A stretch of 64,000 nt of DNA. It comes from Octopus sinensis. Lineage: Eukaryota. The position numbers and the translations under genes were made by a program. Every line of letters starts with the position of its first letter. The stretch's first letter is position 1. A model generated the notes under the pieces. It saw only the letters and a list, made by a program, of their open reading frames with translations. It searched no databases and was not told where the DNA came from. The stretch lies in contig NC_042999.1 in the NCBI RefSeq assembly GCF_006345805.1, positions 153,388,001-153,452,000 on the forward strand. The letters are read 5' to 3'. This document shows, in pieces, positions 37,901-52,311 of this stretch.

Positions 37901-38759
37901 GAAAATTAGCAGCAGCGAAATTCTCTTGTATCTCACTCTTGGACGCTATCAGCTGAACGATACCGACGTATCTCCAGCAGCTCTCTCGAGCTGTTACCTC
38001 GTGGCGCATCCCCGCTTTGCTTGAACGGGCAAGATTGACTCACTCCACTTGACTGCTGCCGTTAAGCTCCTAGGCTGCCGATTCGCCCAGAGAAAGGAAA
38101 TGTTCATATTGTGAATGAATCAAAGAATAGATATTTATACTGTTGAAGTTAGCGAAAAATCTTGACTCTTTCTTCAATTAATATCTGATGTAAAGGATGC
38201 GAGCAGCACCCATCCAGTGCAGGAATATCTCATCCTGTTACAGATGCAATCTACAAGAAACGTTCTGGAAGACGGTGAATATCGGTGAGCCTCACAAAAT
38301 CGGAAAGGGTACTCGAAACGTATTACTACAGTTGTTGGATCTATTTGAAACTCCCTCTTAAACTGTCTTCGCACTTCGACTGTACTCTATGTTAACAATT
38401 TAACTAAGAACGTTTATAGTGGAATAACTGTTTCTGGGAGGAAGAAGATAAAAGCCCCAAACAAGACATTGAACTCAAAAAGGTTAATGTTCTTATTGAG
38501 TTAGGAATAAAGAAGGACACGAGGTGATGAACAGATAATGTTGGGGGTATCGTTGTTCTTGATAATGTAGAAATTCCTTTGCTAGTTTGCTTTCTTACTT
38601 GTATACAACAGTGTCAGATAAATTCGTCCGTTTCTTTCCAATGTAATTTAAATCATCACGAAAAATATTTTTATGGCAGTATCTTGTGATTATTCGTAGC
38701 TCTATGCTTTCTTTATAACTTTCGTTTATACTTTTTGAAATTGGAATTGGTTTTACCGC

Positions 38760-40222
38760 TTTTCCAGACATACGACAAATGGAGTGTCAAAATGAGCACC
38801 ATTGACAGCTGCTTCTCTTCGCTTTCAATCATGGTTCCAAAACTGCCAAAGTCGCTAAAGACATTTGTGTTGCATACAGAGAAGGCGCTATTACCAACGG
38901 AACTCTACAGAAATGGTTTCCATACTTCAAGGCGGGGAAATTCAACCTCGCAGACTCTTTGCATTCTGGCCAACCTGTTTCAGTCTAATGGGGATCAATT
39001 GAACGAACTTCTTCTTGAGGGTCTGCGCCAATCCTCCAGGGCACTGCACCAGCAGATGGGAAGCGCTCATGATACCTATTTCTTTACTACCCACAAGGGG
39101 CTAACCACAGAGGGGACAAACAAGGACAGACAAACGGATTAAGTCGATTACATCGACCCCAGTGCGTATCTGGTACTTAATTTATCGACCCCGAAAGGGT
39201 GAAAGGCAAAGTCGACCTCGACGAAATTTGAACTCAGAACGTAACGGCAGACGAAATACGGCTACGTATTTCGCCCAGCATGTTAACGTTTCTTATTTCT
39301 TTATTGCCCACAAGGGGCTAAACATAGAGGGGACAAACAAGGACCGACAACCGGATTAAGTCGATTACATCGACCCCAGTGCGTATCTGGTACTTAATTT
39401 ATCGACCCCGAAAGGATGAAAGGCAAAGTCGACCTCGGCGGAATTTGAACTCAGAACGTAACGGCAGACGAAATAAGGCTACGCATTTCGCCCAGCGTGC
39501 TAACGTTTCTGCCAGCTCGCTGCCTTACAGCGCTCATGATACCGTCGCCTGTCTCCTTCATTTGATAGATAATGTCTACACTCTCTGAATGAAAGAGTCG
39601 AACTCCATTGCTCCTCTTTCGCTGCCAGTTTGCTCGGCCGACACCAGACTACTCGTGGACACAAACAGATTGCTTTAGTGCATCGATATCAACGATGAAA
39701 GACAGTACCTTTGTGTCATATGAAGCAGATGGAAGAATAGATGAGTCCCGAGCAGCAAGCAACACATCATACCAGAGATGCATTCACGCAAGGCAATGAT
39801 CTGCGTAAGATGGGACTGGGAAGGGCTAATCAACTACGAAATGCTTGAAGAATAACCACAGTCAATGCAGAGGTCTTCAATCATCAAATGCATCGGCTCA
39901 TCGAAGCAGTCTAGCTGAAACGACCCGATTGGCGACACGGCGTGCGTCTTCATCGCTCTCGACGTTTCGAATTTGTCTAAAATGGCTATTCAAGAACTTG
40001 GTTGCGAAGATCTACCGCACCCACTGCATTCTTCTGATGCAGCACTTCCAAATTATTACCTTTTTTCGATCGACATTCAACAGTTTGCAAGGCGTTTCGT
40101 TTAACAACAACAGTGGGGCTGAAAATGTGACTCAATGAATTCTCCGATTGTACCGTCATGGCATTGGCAAACTTGTGAAAATATTTGGTAAAAAATTAAT
40201 GAATTAAGCCGACAACCCGATA
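38760..40222 (+). mobile_element. Decayed mariner transposon interrupted by a SINE dimer
   Basis: MECQNEH..LLLFAFNHG.KTAKVAKDICVAY.EGAI...LQKWF..FKAGKFNL.D..HSGQP (mariner HTH), IQELGCEDLPHPLHSSDAALPNYYLF (HPPYSPDLAPSDYHLF-like), ITR-like CCGACAACCCGATA at the 3' end. Confidence 0.85.
39077..39528 (-). mobile_element. SINE family B dimer with 15-bp TSD
   Basis: TSD AGCGCTCATGATACC at 39062-39076 and 39529-39543; removing it restores the mariner frame (GSAHDTVACLLH). Confidence 0.92.
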
Positions 40223-40638
40223 CACACACATCATCATCATCATTTTATGCCCACTTTCCACGTTGGCATGGATTGGAAATTTTGATACAAAGGACATAAC
40301 TTTGTTCCAGTATCTGGTTTGGAATGGTTTCAATGGTTGGATGCCCTTCCAAAAATCCACCACTTTAGATAGTGTACTGGATGCTTTTTCATGGCACCAG
40401 TACTGATGAAGTCATCTTGAATGAGTAAAGAGCCTCCTTGGCTAAGGAGGCTTGCATTGAGAGAGACGGAGAGGAAGAGGAGGAGAGAGGGTTAGCTTTA
40501 TGCAAGTTGTTAAGAAATTAAAGTGTGACCGGAGATACAGGAACAGGTACGCACACACACAGAGACACATATGAAAATATAGATACATATATACATACAT
40601 TCGCACACACACACACTCACATATAAAGCAGCAGGTAT

Positions 40639-41057
40639 AGGCGCAGGAGTGGCTGTGTGGTAAGTAGCTTGCTTACCAACCACATGGTTGAGGGTTCATT
40701 CTCACTGCGTGACACCTTGGGCAAGTGTCTTCTATTATAGCCTTGGGCCGACCAAAGCCTTGTGAGTGGATTTGGTAGACGGAAACTGAAAGAAGCCCGT
40801 CGTATATATGTATATATATATATATACATATATGCGTGTGTATATGTTTGTGTGTCTTTGTTTGTCCCACCCAACATCGCTTGACAACCGATGGTGGTGT
40901 GTTTACGTCTATGTAACTTAGCGGTTCGGCAAAAGAGACCGATAGAATAAGTACTAGGCTTACAAAGAATAAGTCCTGGGGTCGATTTACTCGACTGAAG
41001 GCAGCACTCCAGCATGGCCGCAGTCAAATGACTGAAACAAGTATAAGAGTAAAAGAG
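40639..41057 (+). mobile_element. SINE family A, full length
   Basis: Complete head, internal microsatellite and tail. Confidence 0.9.
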
Positions 41058-41443
41058 GTATTGATCTACATCTACAGTAACAACCACAGTCTAATTGACT
41101 AATTGTAATTAGTCAATTAGCAATAATAAAGTCGTAAACTAGCAGTCATTAGAGCATTGGATAGAATAGCAATCTCTGTACTCAGGGATCAAATTCCACC
41201 AAGATTAACTTAGCATCATTTAAAGATTGATAAACACTGAACCAATTGAGAGAATGGATTAGCAGAAGTGTCCTTTACAAGGTTTTTTCCAGCCCCAGAA
41301 CAATGTCTGTGACAACACTGGCACTGAACTGACCTTTCTCTTGGATAAACATCAGTGATGTGAGAATGGGCACAGTGACATTTTCATAAATGGGTAACTG
41401 TCAGTCTTCCATTAAAGGAAATTTGCCTCCTGGCCTGTGCAAA

Positions 41444-41719
41444 TGTTGTTGTTTTCCTTCTCAAGCCATGCCTGGCTCATAAGGGCTGGTTTCATTGGCG
41501 TATAGGTTTCCCACCAGGACGGGACGCCGGTGAGCTGCTAGATGCAGGAGGAAAGAGTTTGAGAAAGTTGTGGCGAAAGAGTCTGCAGAAGTTCACCATT
41601 ACCTTCTGCCGGAGCTGCGTGAAGCTCATAAACACACACATCGCCCGGTTTGAGATTCGAAACTGCAATCCCCTGATTGCGAGTCCGCTGCTCTAACCAC
41701 TAGGCCATGTGTCTCCACA
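41444..41719 (-). mobile_element. SINE family C variant with 12-bp TSD
   Basis: TSD GGCCTGTGCAAA at 41432-41443 and 41720-41731. Confidence 0.85.
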
Positions 41720-42955
41720 GGCCTGTGCAAAGGCAAATACATAACAAGTGCTGGCCAATGGAGAGCACCCCCAAGACCCCTTCCCTCCACCTACTGCATT
41801 CCCTTCCCACTTGTGTGAACTTACCTGTCCTCTCACCTTATCCTACTCTTTGTATCACTTCATTTATAAACCCCTACTTGTAACTTGAGGTGATACCTTG
41901 ACACATCTTCTTCACCGTCTTCTCTCAGGCTCTCTCCTCTCCTTTTCCATCTGGGGTACCCATGTATCTCCCTCTACTGCAAGAAACTGGCTTCTGTCCC
42001 TCTACCATCAGCTGGCACAAAACTACCTCCCTCAATACTGCAACACCGTTTAACTGAAGGGTCTTGTGAGTTATTCGGTGATCTGTGTGGTGCTGGTACC
42101 ACATAGAAAGCACCCAGTACTTTCTGTTGAGTGGCTGGTGTTAGAAATGGCATCCAGCCATAGGAACCATCTCAAAGCAGACAGCTGAGCTTAGTGCAGT
42201 CTTCTGGCTAACCATCCAATCCATACCAGCATGGAAAATGGATGTTAAATGATGATAATAATGAAGAATTCTACAAGTCCAGTTGCTTTGGGGAGAATCA
42301 AATGTTTTCAAGCTTTTCTTTTAAGCTGAAACTGAAGAACTGAAAAATATTAAGTAAATTGAGCGCCTGACAATTCTTTAAAATACTCTCTTTTTACAAG
42401 AGACAAAGTAATTCTTTCTACTAATAGACAAAAGCCTGAAATTTTGCAGAAGCGGGGGCTAGTCGACTATATCAACCCTGGTGCTTAACTGGTATTTATC
42501 GACCATAAAAGGACGAAAGGCAAAGTTGACCATAGCAGAATTTGAACTCAGAATAAAGACACACAAAATACTTCTAAATATTCTGCCTGGTGTGCTAACA
42601 ATTCTGCCAGCTTGATGCCTTAAAGACAGACAAAAAATAAGGATTATCCATGGGTTTCAATTCACTCACACAGGAAACCATTTTCTTTCATTTCAGCAAA
42701 GACACACAAAAAAAAAAAAAAATCAAATAAAATTGGCTACAATAATTCTAACTGTGGTGGAAGGCCAGTAGCTTTAAGAGTGAGGCACAGTTGATGAGAC
42801 TGACTCCAGTATGTGATTGGTACTTTATTTTAACATCCCCACAGAGATGAAAAACAACTTTGGACCTGAACAGGATTTGAACTGAGAAGGGCAAAAAGAA
42901 ATGCTGTGAAGCATTTTGTCCATTGAGCTAAAGATTCGGCAAGCCCATTGCTTAA

Positions 42956-43176
42956 CCATTTAGTGTTCAGAATACTCTGTTAAATGTAATACTTTTTCAC
43001 TCAAATTGTTTTGAATTAATCATGCATTATCTTACAGCTTTGAGGTTTCAATGATGTGATTGTTTATTTTCAGAATGACATTGTAGGTTAGGAGTGAGAG
43101 GCTAGATATCGCCAGTTTGAACATAAAACATGTAGAATATGTTGGGCCGGATTTGGCCGGTTTAAACACTAAAAGG
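42956..43176. mobile_element. TTAA-flanked (piggyBac-like) MITE
   Basis: TTAA-CCATTTAGTGTTCA / TAAACACTAAAAGG-TTAA. Confidence 0.65.
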
Positions 43177-43199
43177 TTAAGTAACAATAATAATAATGG

Positions 43200-44826
43200 C
43201 TTCAAATTTTGCCAGCTATTTTGAGGGAGGGGATAAGTTGATTACATCAATCCCCAGTCTTTCCACTGGTACTTAATTTATCAACCCTGAAAGGCAAAGT
43301 TGACCTTGGTGGAATTTGAACTCAGAATATAGTAACAGGCGAAATAAGCATTTCATCCAGTGTGCTAACGGTTCTGCCAGCTCACCACCTTTAGTAACAA
43401 TAACAATAATAATCCTTTCTACTGGAGGCACAAGGCCTCGAATTCGGGGGAGGGGACTAATCGATTACATCGACCCAGTGTTTCACTGGTACTTAATTTA
43501 TCGACCCCAAAAGGATGAAAGGCAAAGTTAATCATGGTGGAATTTGAACTCAGAACATAGCAGCAGGCGAAATACCTATTTCTTTACTACCCACAAGGGG
43601 CTACACACAGAGGGGACAAACAAGGACAGACAAAAGGATTAAGTCGATTATATCGACCCCAGTCCATAACTGGTACTTATTTAATCGATACCAATAGGAT
43701 GAAAGGCAAAGTTGACCTTGGCGGAATTTGAACTCAGAATGTAGCAGCAGACGGAACACAATTAAGCATTTTGCCCGGCGTGCTAACGTTTCTGCCAGCT
43801 TTCCACCTTTAGTAACAATAATAATAATAATAATTATTATTATTTAAAATTTTGGCACAAGACCAGCAGTTTTAGTGGGTGAACCATCCGAATGTAGTTG
43901 ATGCCAGGTTCGCCTGACTGGCTCCCATGCCAGTGGCATGTAAAAAGCAACAACTAAACATGGCCAATACCAGTACCCTCAGACTAATTCCCATGCCGGT
44001 GGCACATAAAAAGCACCAACTGATCATGACCGATACCTGTACCCACTGACTAGCACATGAAAAGCACCATCCAAACGTGATTGTTGCCAAGCTCACCTGA
44101 CTTACTCTTGTGCCAGTGGCATGTAGAAAGCACCCATTACACTCTTGGAGTGGTTGGCGTTAGGAATGGCATCTAGCAGTAGAAACTTTGGTAGATCAGA
44201 CAGGAGCCTGGTGCAGCCGCTGGCTCTCCAAACCTCAGTCAAACCATCCAATCGATGTCAGCGTGGAAAACAGAGGCTAATCAATGATTATGATAGACCT
44301 TAAAAAGAGGAATGGCTAAGTTGATCTCAGTAGGATTTGAACTCAGAACATAAAGTGCCTAAGAAATGACACTCAGAATTTGTCCAGTGCACTAACGGTT
44401 CTACTAGGTCACCAACTTAGCAACAATAATCTTTTCTATTCTAGACACAAGGCCTAAAATTTTTGGGGAGGGGGCCTGTCAATTACATCGACCCCAGTAC
44501 AGTACACAACTGGTACTAAATTTATAGGCCCCCCCCACAAAAGGATGAAAGACAAAGTCAACCTTGGTGGAATTTGAACTCAGAATGTAAAGACAGATGA
44601 AATACCTATTTCTTTACTACCCACAAGGAGCTAAACACAGAGGGGACAAACAGATTAAGTCAATTATATCGACCCCAGTGCGTAACTGGTATTTATTTAA
44701 TCGACCCCAAAAGGATGAAAGGCAAAGTTGATCTTGGCAGAATTTGAACTTAGAACGTAGCGGCAGACGAAATACCGCAAAGCATTTCGCCTGGCGAGCT
44801 AACGTTTCTGCCAGCTCACCGCCTTA
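43200..44826 (-). mobile_element. Cluster of nested SINE family B copies and a family D element
   Basis: Repeated GAAAGGCAAAGT.GACCT.GG.GGAATTTGAACTCAGAA blocks with CpG decay; family D subrepeats GCCAGTGGCATGTAAAAAGCA at 43900-44130. Confidence 0.8.
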
Positions 44827-46697
44827 CCTTAGCAACAATAATGAAGCTGAAGAAGAAGAACAACAAAGGAAAGCATAAAATATAAATAAATGAAGAAGCA
44901 ACCGGTTAAATCAAGAATTTTTTATTTATATATTTTTACCATTTTTTTTTTATATCAATTGTTTTTATTTTTTCGCAATTCTCAAAAAAAAAAAAAAAAA
45001 AAGAAAAACATGGCACAGATCACAGATTACTGATTATTGTTAAACTCTCCAGATTTATAAGACGAAAAAAGAAAACTGATTTTGAAAATTAATATAATTC
45101 AAAAAAATTAAATTACATTAAAATAAAAATCGAACCCTCTTTCAAAATGAATATTAAATTCATTATGGTCTTTTTTTTTTTTTTAATATAAACAAGATTA
45201 TTTCATTATGTATGACATTTGGAATTTTCTGTTGTTTCTGGAGATAAAAATTTGGTCCAATTGTCAAAGACAAAAAAAAAAAAAAGTAAAATAATTCACT
45301 GGAGGAAATTGTCTTTTAATGAGCACCAGAGAAAGGTTAGGAATTTAGGAGAGAAAGAAGAGAAGAATTTAATTTACAACCAGGATGTGCAGGTGTGGCC
45401 TTATGGTTAAGAGGTTTGCTTTCCAATCATATGGTTTCAGTTTCTATTCTACTCTGTGGCACTTTGGGAAAGTGTTTTCTGCTAGAGCCCCTGGCCAACC
45501 TTTGAAATATTGTGAATTGATTTGGTAGATGGAAACTGAAAGAATCCTATTTTGTGTGCATCTCCTTGTCTTGGCATTGCAAACACAAATGTCACTGTCG
45601 TACAAACAGTATCATTCACTTCCAATATTTTGTGAGAGCAAGTCTGGTCACAGAGAAAATATCATTTTCCTTGGAAACTAGTGAGGGTTGGTGACAAGAA
45701 CCTTATCTGGTCCTAGAAAATTTACCTCAATAAACTCTGCCAACAAATGTAAGCAAAGAAAGCAGCCATTAAAACAATGATATTCCTACATGGAAAGAAC
45801 TCTTTATTTTTGGAAAAATGTACAAGAAGTTTCTGCCATTTCCAAAAAAATGCCTCACCAACCACACGTAGTCACAAAGAATAAAAAATGGTTACTTTAT
45901 AAAACCTTCCTGATACGGTTAGTTCCATGTCAGCCCCAATTGAGCAGATCTATGATACAAGATATTCTGTTCGTGGCCATCTTATAATTAATTTTTCAGG
46001 CATAGTGTATCTAGGACTACATTAACAAATATATCCATCCCATTTTTATGATGGTCGGTTGTGACTTAATAGAGATTTGGTGGGGTTTTTTCTAGCAGAG
46101 TGAACAATCAGATAACTAGGATGTTTATATCTAGTGTTAGGAGTATTAATTCTAATAAAAACGGAGAATAATAAAGTTGCAGGAAACATTTGATTAAGTT
46201 GACTCCAGTATATAACTGGTACTTCATTGTATTGACCCTGGAAGAATGAAAGGTAAAACGTGACTATGGCAGGATTTGAACTCAGTGAGATAAACGCTGT
46301 GAGGATATTTTGTCATTCTTCAGATTCTGTTGTCTCCACCTTTCAATAAGAATAATTCTTTCTACTGTATGCACAGAGCCTGAAATTTTGAGGGGAGGGG
46401 GCTAGCGAGGGTGCTAGTTGGTTATATCAATCTCTAGTAATCAAATGGTACTTTTTCTTATCAACCTTGAAAGGATGAAAGGCAAAGTCAACCTAGGTGG
46501 AATTTGAAATCAGAATGCAAAAGATGAATGAGACACCACTAAACATTTTGTCTTGCATGCAACCAATTCCACCAGCTGAAAGCCTTAACAATAATAATGC
46601 TAGTTTTAAATATTTTAACAAGGTATGGAGGTAAATTTGTATTAGAGAGAGAAGAAATACGAATTTGCAAGCTTCATGTTTTTTTCCAAAGATTTAA

Positions 46698-47146
46698 CTC
46701 TTTTATTATATTTCTGTTGAAATGCTGTGTTTCTTTCAATTCATTTTAAATATAACAAAGAATTTAGTAAAATAACTTAGATATCATTAAGCTAGTGTTA
46801 GGAACATAAACTGTGACTAAGGTTTGGTGGAAGACTTTAATTCAGAACTTTTGAAAACAAGACATTTGTACTACAGAGCCAGAGGCAATTTCAGCCAGGT
46901 TGGTGCCAAAAGGGTTAAGAATTGTTTCTCTATCTTCTATTTTAACCCTTTTGTTACCATTATTTCTGTTGAGATGCTCTGTGTTTCTTTCTATCAATTT
47001 TAAATATGACAAAGAATTTAGTAAAATAACCTAGTTATCATTAAGCTAGTGTTAGGAACATAAATTGTGACTAAAGGTTTGGTGGAAGATTTTAATTCAG
47101 AACTTTAGAGCCAGAGGCAATTTCAGCTGGGTTGGTATCAAAAGGG
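46698..47146. mobile_element. Two tandem piggyBac-like MITEs
   Basis: 46698-46914 and 46946-47146, each TTAA-flanked with CCCTTT/AAAGGG-type ends; homologous to 26662-26873. Confidence 0.8.
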
Positions 47147-47590
47147 TTAAAGAATAAAAGATATGACCTTATGACCTCAGAGAAGATGAAATGGAATAAG
47201 CTTCAAGTGAAAATTGAAACTTGACTCCTTCTAAGAACAGATTCTACCAAACCTTGTCTTGTGCTCAAAGTAATTTCACATCCAAAATAATTTTAAATAA
47301 AAAAAAAAAAAGAGGAAAGGAAAAAAAAATCTGTGCCCAGCCCTTAATTTCTTCCTTCCCTGTTGTATTTGACAATGAGGAGTTGGCACCCGACTCAGGG
47401 GTGGCACATGAGAACAACACATTGAGGAAACAATAATAAATAAATTAACAGGACATTTCGTTTTATTCCATGCATCTTTTGTTGTTTTTAATACAATGAT
47501 GATGATGATAATGATGATGATAGCTGTACATATGTAAGTACACATATACATTATAGATATGTGTGTGTATGTTTATATTTTTGTGATTGC

Positions 47591-47637
<47 letters not shown>

Positions 47638-48000
47638 AACTCAACATTTGAAAGACAACATTATCAAAATGGACGATGTTAAGAGACAATTTATACAATT
47701 GTTTTATTACAAATTTGTTTGTCTGTGAGTGTGTATGTGCGTGGATTTATATACACACATGTATACTATATACAATGAATGAATAGTATTTACACAAGTG
47801 TGTGCTACTATGTGTATGCATATATATATATTATATATATATATATAAAACACACATACATATTTTATAATAGATTTTAGTTACTATTCTAATACCAAAG
47901 GTTTCCTACTGATGAAGATCAGCAATTTTTCAACCATAATTCAAAACAGAAATGATACTGCTATTATTAATGCTGTATGTATATCTCTGTGTATGTGTGA

Positions 48001-48051
<51 letters not shown>

Positions 48052-48370
48052 CATAAATACACACACACACACCCATATTTGTACATTTGTACATATATAT
48101 AAATGTGTCTGAGTGTATATAACATATACAAACATAAGCACTATCATACAGTTGAATTTGAAATATATATGTATGTATAATTATGTAAGCATAGTAAGAA
48201 TTTATAATATGTGTGTGCGTGCATATAATTATATAAATGTGTGTGCATGCATATATGTTATATATATATATATATATATATATAGGGGTGTGTGTAAATA
48301 ATACAAGCCTCATCATGCATTTTTGATGGATAAAGATACTAGTGTCTGTGTAATCAGATATATAACACAT

Positions 48371-48407
<37 letters not shown>

Positions 48408-49819
48408 CACTGTTCTGTTTGATAAATATATAACACTCACTCGTGTGTGTATAAATATGTAAGCATACCAACAAAGTTATGAACATTTATTTTATTTACA
48501 TCAATATCCAAGATTATATAATAATATAAAATATATATTGTTATATACAATGAGTGTAACATTATATATATATTATATATAATTACAATAATATATTATT
48601 TGTATATTATGTATAATGTATATATATATATATAATGATATAGTGTGCGTGTTTGTGTTGAGGGGAGGGGAACCCAAGGAATGTGATTGTTTCAACAAGA
48701 AAAATGTTGTTTAGGGATAGTGATCTTGAATAGTATATACATATATATATATTTATATAAGATATATGTATGTATAAAATCTTTTCTGCTTTTAGTTCAT
48801 GAGAAAATTATTTTGTACCAAAAGAAACGAATATATGAGCAGTTTTCTAGAAAAATCTAAGTTTTTAAATACATTTCATACTGGAAAATATTTCAACATG
48901 CAACTTCCTGTTCAAAATCTAACAATCAGCTTTGAAAATAATCCTAAGAGATAGACAGATATAGTGAGTAGAGATCTATCTATATGTCTATTTATCTATC
49001 AATCTATCTATCTGTATATACATACATTTATATAAGCTACATAGTAGCAAGCTAATTTCCGTAAGAGTCATTTTATTATTTCTTCTCAGATTTCACAGTT
49101 GTGTTCAGTTTCTTCTTTTAGACATTAACATGCAAATTTTTGGCCAAACCCATTATGTTTGGGTGTACACGGAAGTGAATGTTCTACAGCCCAAGCATAC
49201 CACAGTACCTACATTTTATAAGGAGTTACCAAACTATATTAGATAAAAGTTTACAAATCTACCATACGGTCTAGTTTCACTACCCAAATGTTTTTTAATA
49301 ATAGTAATGGTTTCAAATTTTGACCCAAGGTCAGCAAATTTAGGGGTGGAGAAGGGGTTAGTAAATTTACATCATCCTCAGTGCTCAATTGCTACTTATT
49401 TTAACGACCCTGAAAGGACAATAAGCAAAATTAAACTTTTGGTGGGATTTGAACTCAGAGTGTAAAGAGCTGGAAGAAGTACTACTAGGCATCTTATCTG
49501 ATGGGCTAACAATACTGCTAGCTTGCTGCCTCAACAATAATAGCAAAAATAAGGGTTTCAAATTTTGGCGCAAGGCCAGCAATTTTGGGGGTGGAGGTAA
49601 GTCAAGTACTTTGACCCCTGTGCTCAACTGGTACTTATTTCATTGACCTCAAAAGCATGAAAGGCTAAGTTGACCCCAACAGAATTTGAACACTGAATGC
49701 AAAGATGGACAAAATGCTGCTAAGCATTTCATCCAGTGTGGTAATGATTCTCCCAGCTCACCACCTGTATAATTAATAAATAATTAAATATAACGATGTT
49801 CTTTGGAATTGGTAAAGTT

Positions 49820-49860
<41 letters not shown>

Positions 49861-51598
49861 AAAAGTCAGCAAAAAAAAAAAAAACACTCAAAATCTGAGC
49901 ACAGAGAGAAAATTTTCAAGAACCCCCCATGTCTATAATTTCAACTACAATAATTAAACTAAATAAAGCTAATTAAGAGTAATTGTACACCAGGGGATAA
50001 TGGAAAATAGCTATTATCTTTTATGGGGTGCATGGGGTGTGAGTAAGGCAGACCTCTGACAGGGAACACATGGTGCTCTTTGGAGTAATTTGGTAGTTTG
50101 TCTGCTTTGGTCATCACCTGACACACAGTTTGTCTCCCTATGCATGTGAAGACTGGGCCCAAAAGACTGCGCAGAGGAAACCCTAGATAATCATCTTAAA
50201 TCTAGAATTATTTTGAGGATGAAAATGAAGGTATGGCTGATATGAAGAAAAATCTGGGTTCAAATCTGACAGTCAATTGGGAGCAAAATTCATTTAATAT
50301 TTATTTAATTTAAATTTCAAATTCATAAACCAAAAAAAAAAACTGAGATGGTGATTTTCATAAAAAGCAAATTGGCAATAAAAAAAAGACCCTGAAGTGG
50401 TGTTTTTTTTAATGCTTTTTATAAAAACTGATAATTCTTTGAACTGGAAAAATGGAAATATGAATTTGGTATTTTGAAATTAATCAAAATTTTTTTTTTA
50501 AATCAAATTTTTATCAGAAGTTAATTTAATTTGGATTTACAGTTTTTAAATTAATATTTTATCTCCTTGTAATTTAATTCAAATCTGTATTGTAATTTCA
50601 CTTTAAAAAAATGACTTTTGATTTGAATTTTTATTTATTTTTTTTCTGTTGGTCATAATTTAAATTCATGAAAATTCTCTCAATTTTATAAATTTGAAAT
50701 TTCAAACAGGAAAATTAAAATACTGAGAATTGTTGAATCAATTTTTGATCCAAACCACAAAACTGGCCAGCAGCAGCACCACCAACACAACTAACGACAC
50801 CTAGTGTCAAACAAGAGAAATAAATGCACCAGTGCACTATTACTTGTGCATCAGCTGCAAGTGGCAACAATCCTAAGCAAATAAAAATTTTGGTTTTTCA
50901 TGAATCTATTCCTAATTCTTCTACAGATTCTTTTTCATGAATCTACTAATTCTTCCACAGGCACAACAAGAACTTTTAAAGGAGAGGATATTTAATTAAC
51001 ACCAAAAACATCACAAGACTTGTTTAAATAAACCCCAGAAGGTTAAAAATCAAAAGCTGACCTCAGTAGGACTTGAACCTAGAACCTTGAAACAAAAACT
51101 TAAATTCTGGTATAAGGCATACATCTAGTCCAGATGCACCACAGTCACTACTTTGGTTTAGATACTTTCACAAGACAGACTTTAAAAGTGAGGAAGAACC
51201 ATTAACAAAGTCTATGACTTTCTTCGATATACTATGGGGACAATATTATAAATGTGTGTGTGTATGTGTGTGTGATTTGAGCAAATGAAATATAAGCTAA
51301 TAGCTGCTATTTCCTTCACAGCCTTCATCGTTTGCCCTTACAACCTATCTTATGTAAAAACTAATGTCACTTAAAACTTATTGATTAAATTACAATGTGG
51401 GGGTCAGGGGTAAGTTTTAGGATCTTGTATTGAACAACTTTCGTTTTTTTGCTTTGTGATGGAGAATGGGCAGATGCAAACATAAAAAAAAGCACAGAAG
51501 AGGGCTCCAGGTTTAGCATTAACCAGAGGATGTGGTCCCTATTAGATACTTATTTCCTATATATTTCTAGTTTAGTATGTATACATATATAATAGTGG

Positions 51599-51642
<44 letters not shown>

Positions 51643-52311
51643 TAGAAAACACCACCTTTTATCAATTCAATTTGTGAAATTTGATTTAGTATTTCTAAAT
51701 TGAATTTTTCCCTGTAAGTTTGGAATAATATTCCCTCAAATTATTATTATTATATATATTATATATAGATATATATGCATGCCTGTTTAAGATGAATGCA
51801 AATAACAGATATTTTAATATAATTCATTCTTTATAGAAATAGTTGGAGGGCAGATAAAATACATACAAATACACACACACTTTCTTTCTCTTACACACAC
51901 TCTACTTCAAATATTAGTCTTTCATTTTTTAAAGTGCATGCTCTGATTATAAATACCAGCAGTTACCACACATAAATTTTCCATGAGGTATGGGGGCCTC
52001 AAGGGACAGCTATTCTCAAACATCACAAGGAAAACGAAAACAAAGGTTTTAGTTTCTAGGCCCTGGCTGAAGAGAAAGAGAGAGAAAGAACTTGGTAAAT
52101 AAGATATAGCTGCTTATAATAAATTGAATGATTATGTGTGTGTGTGTGTGTGTTGATGTAAACGGAAAGTAAAACTCAAAATAGAATTGGGTGTGCATTC
52201 TTTTATTCTTCTACTCGTTTCAGTCATTTGACTGCGGCCATACTGGAGCACCACCTTTAGTCGAACAAATTGATCCCAGGACTTATTCTTTATAAGCCTA
52301 GTACTTATTCT

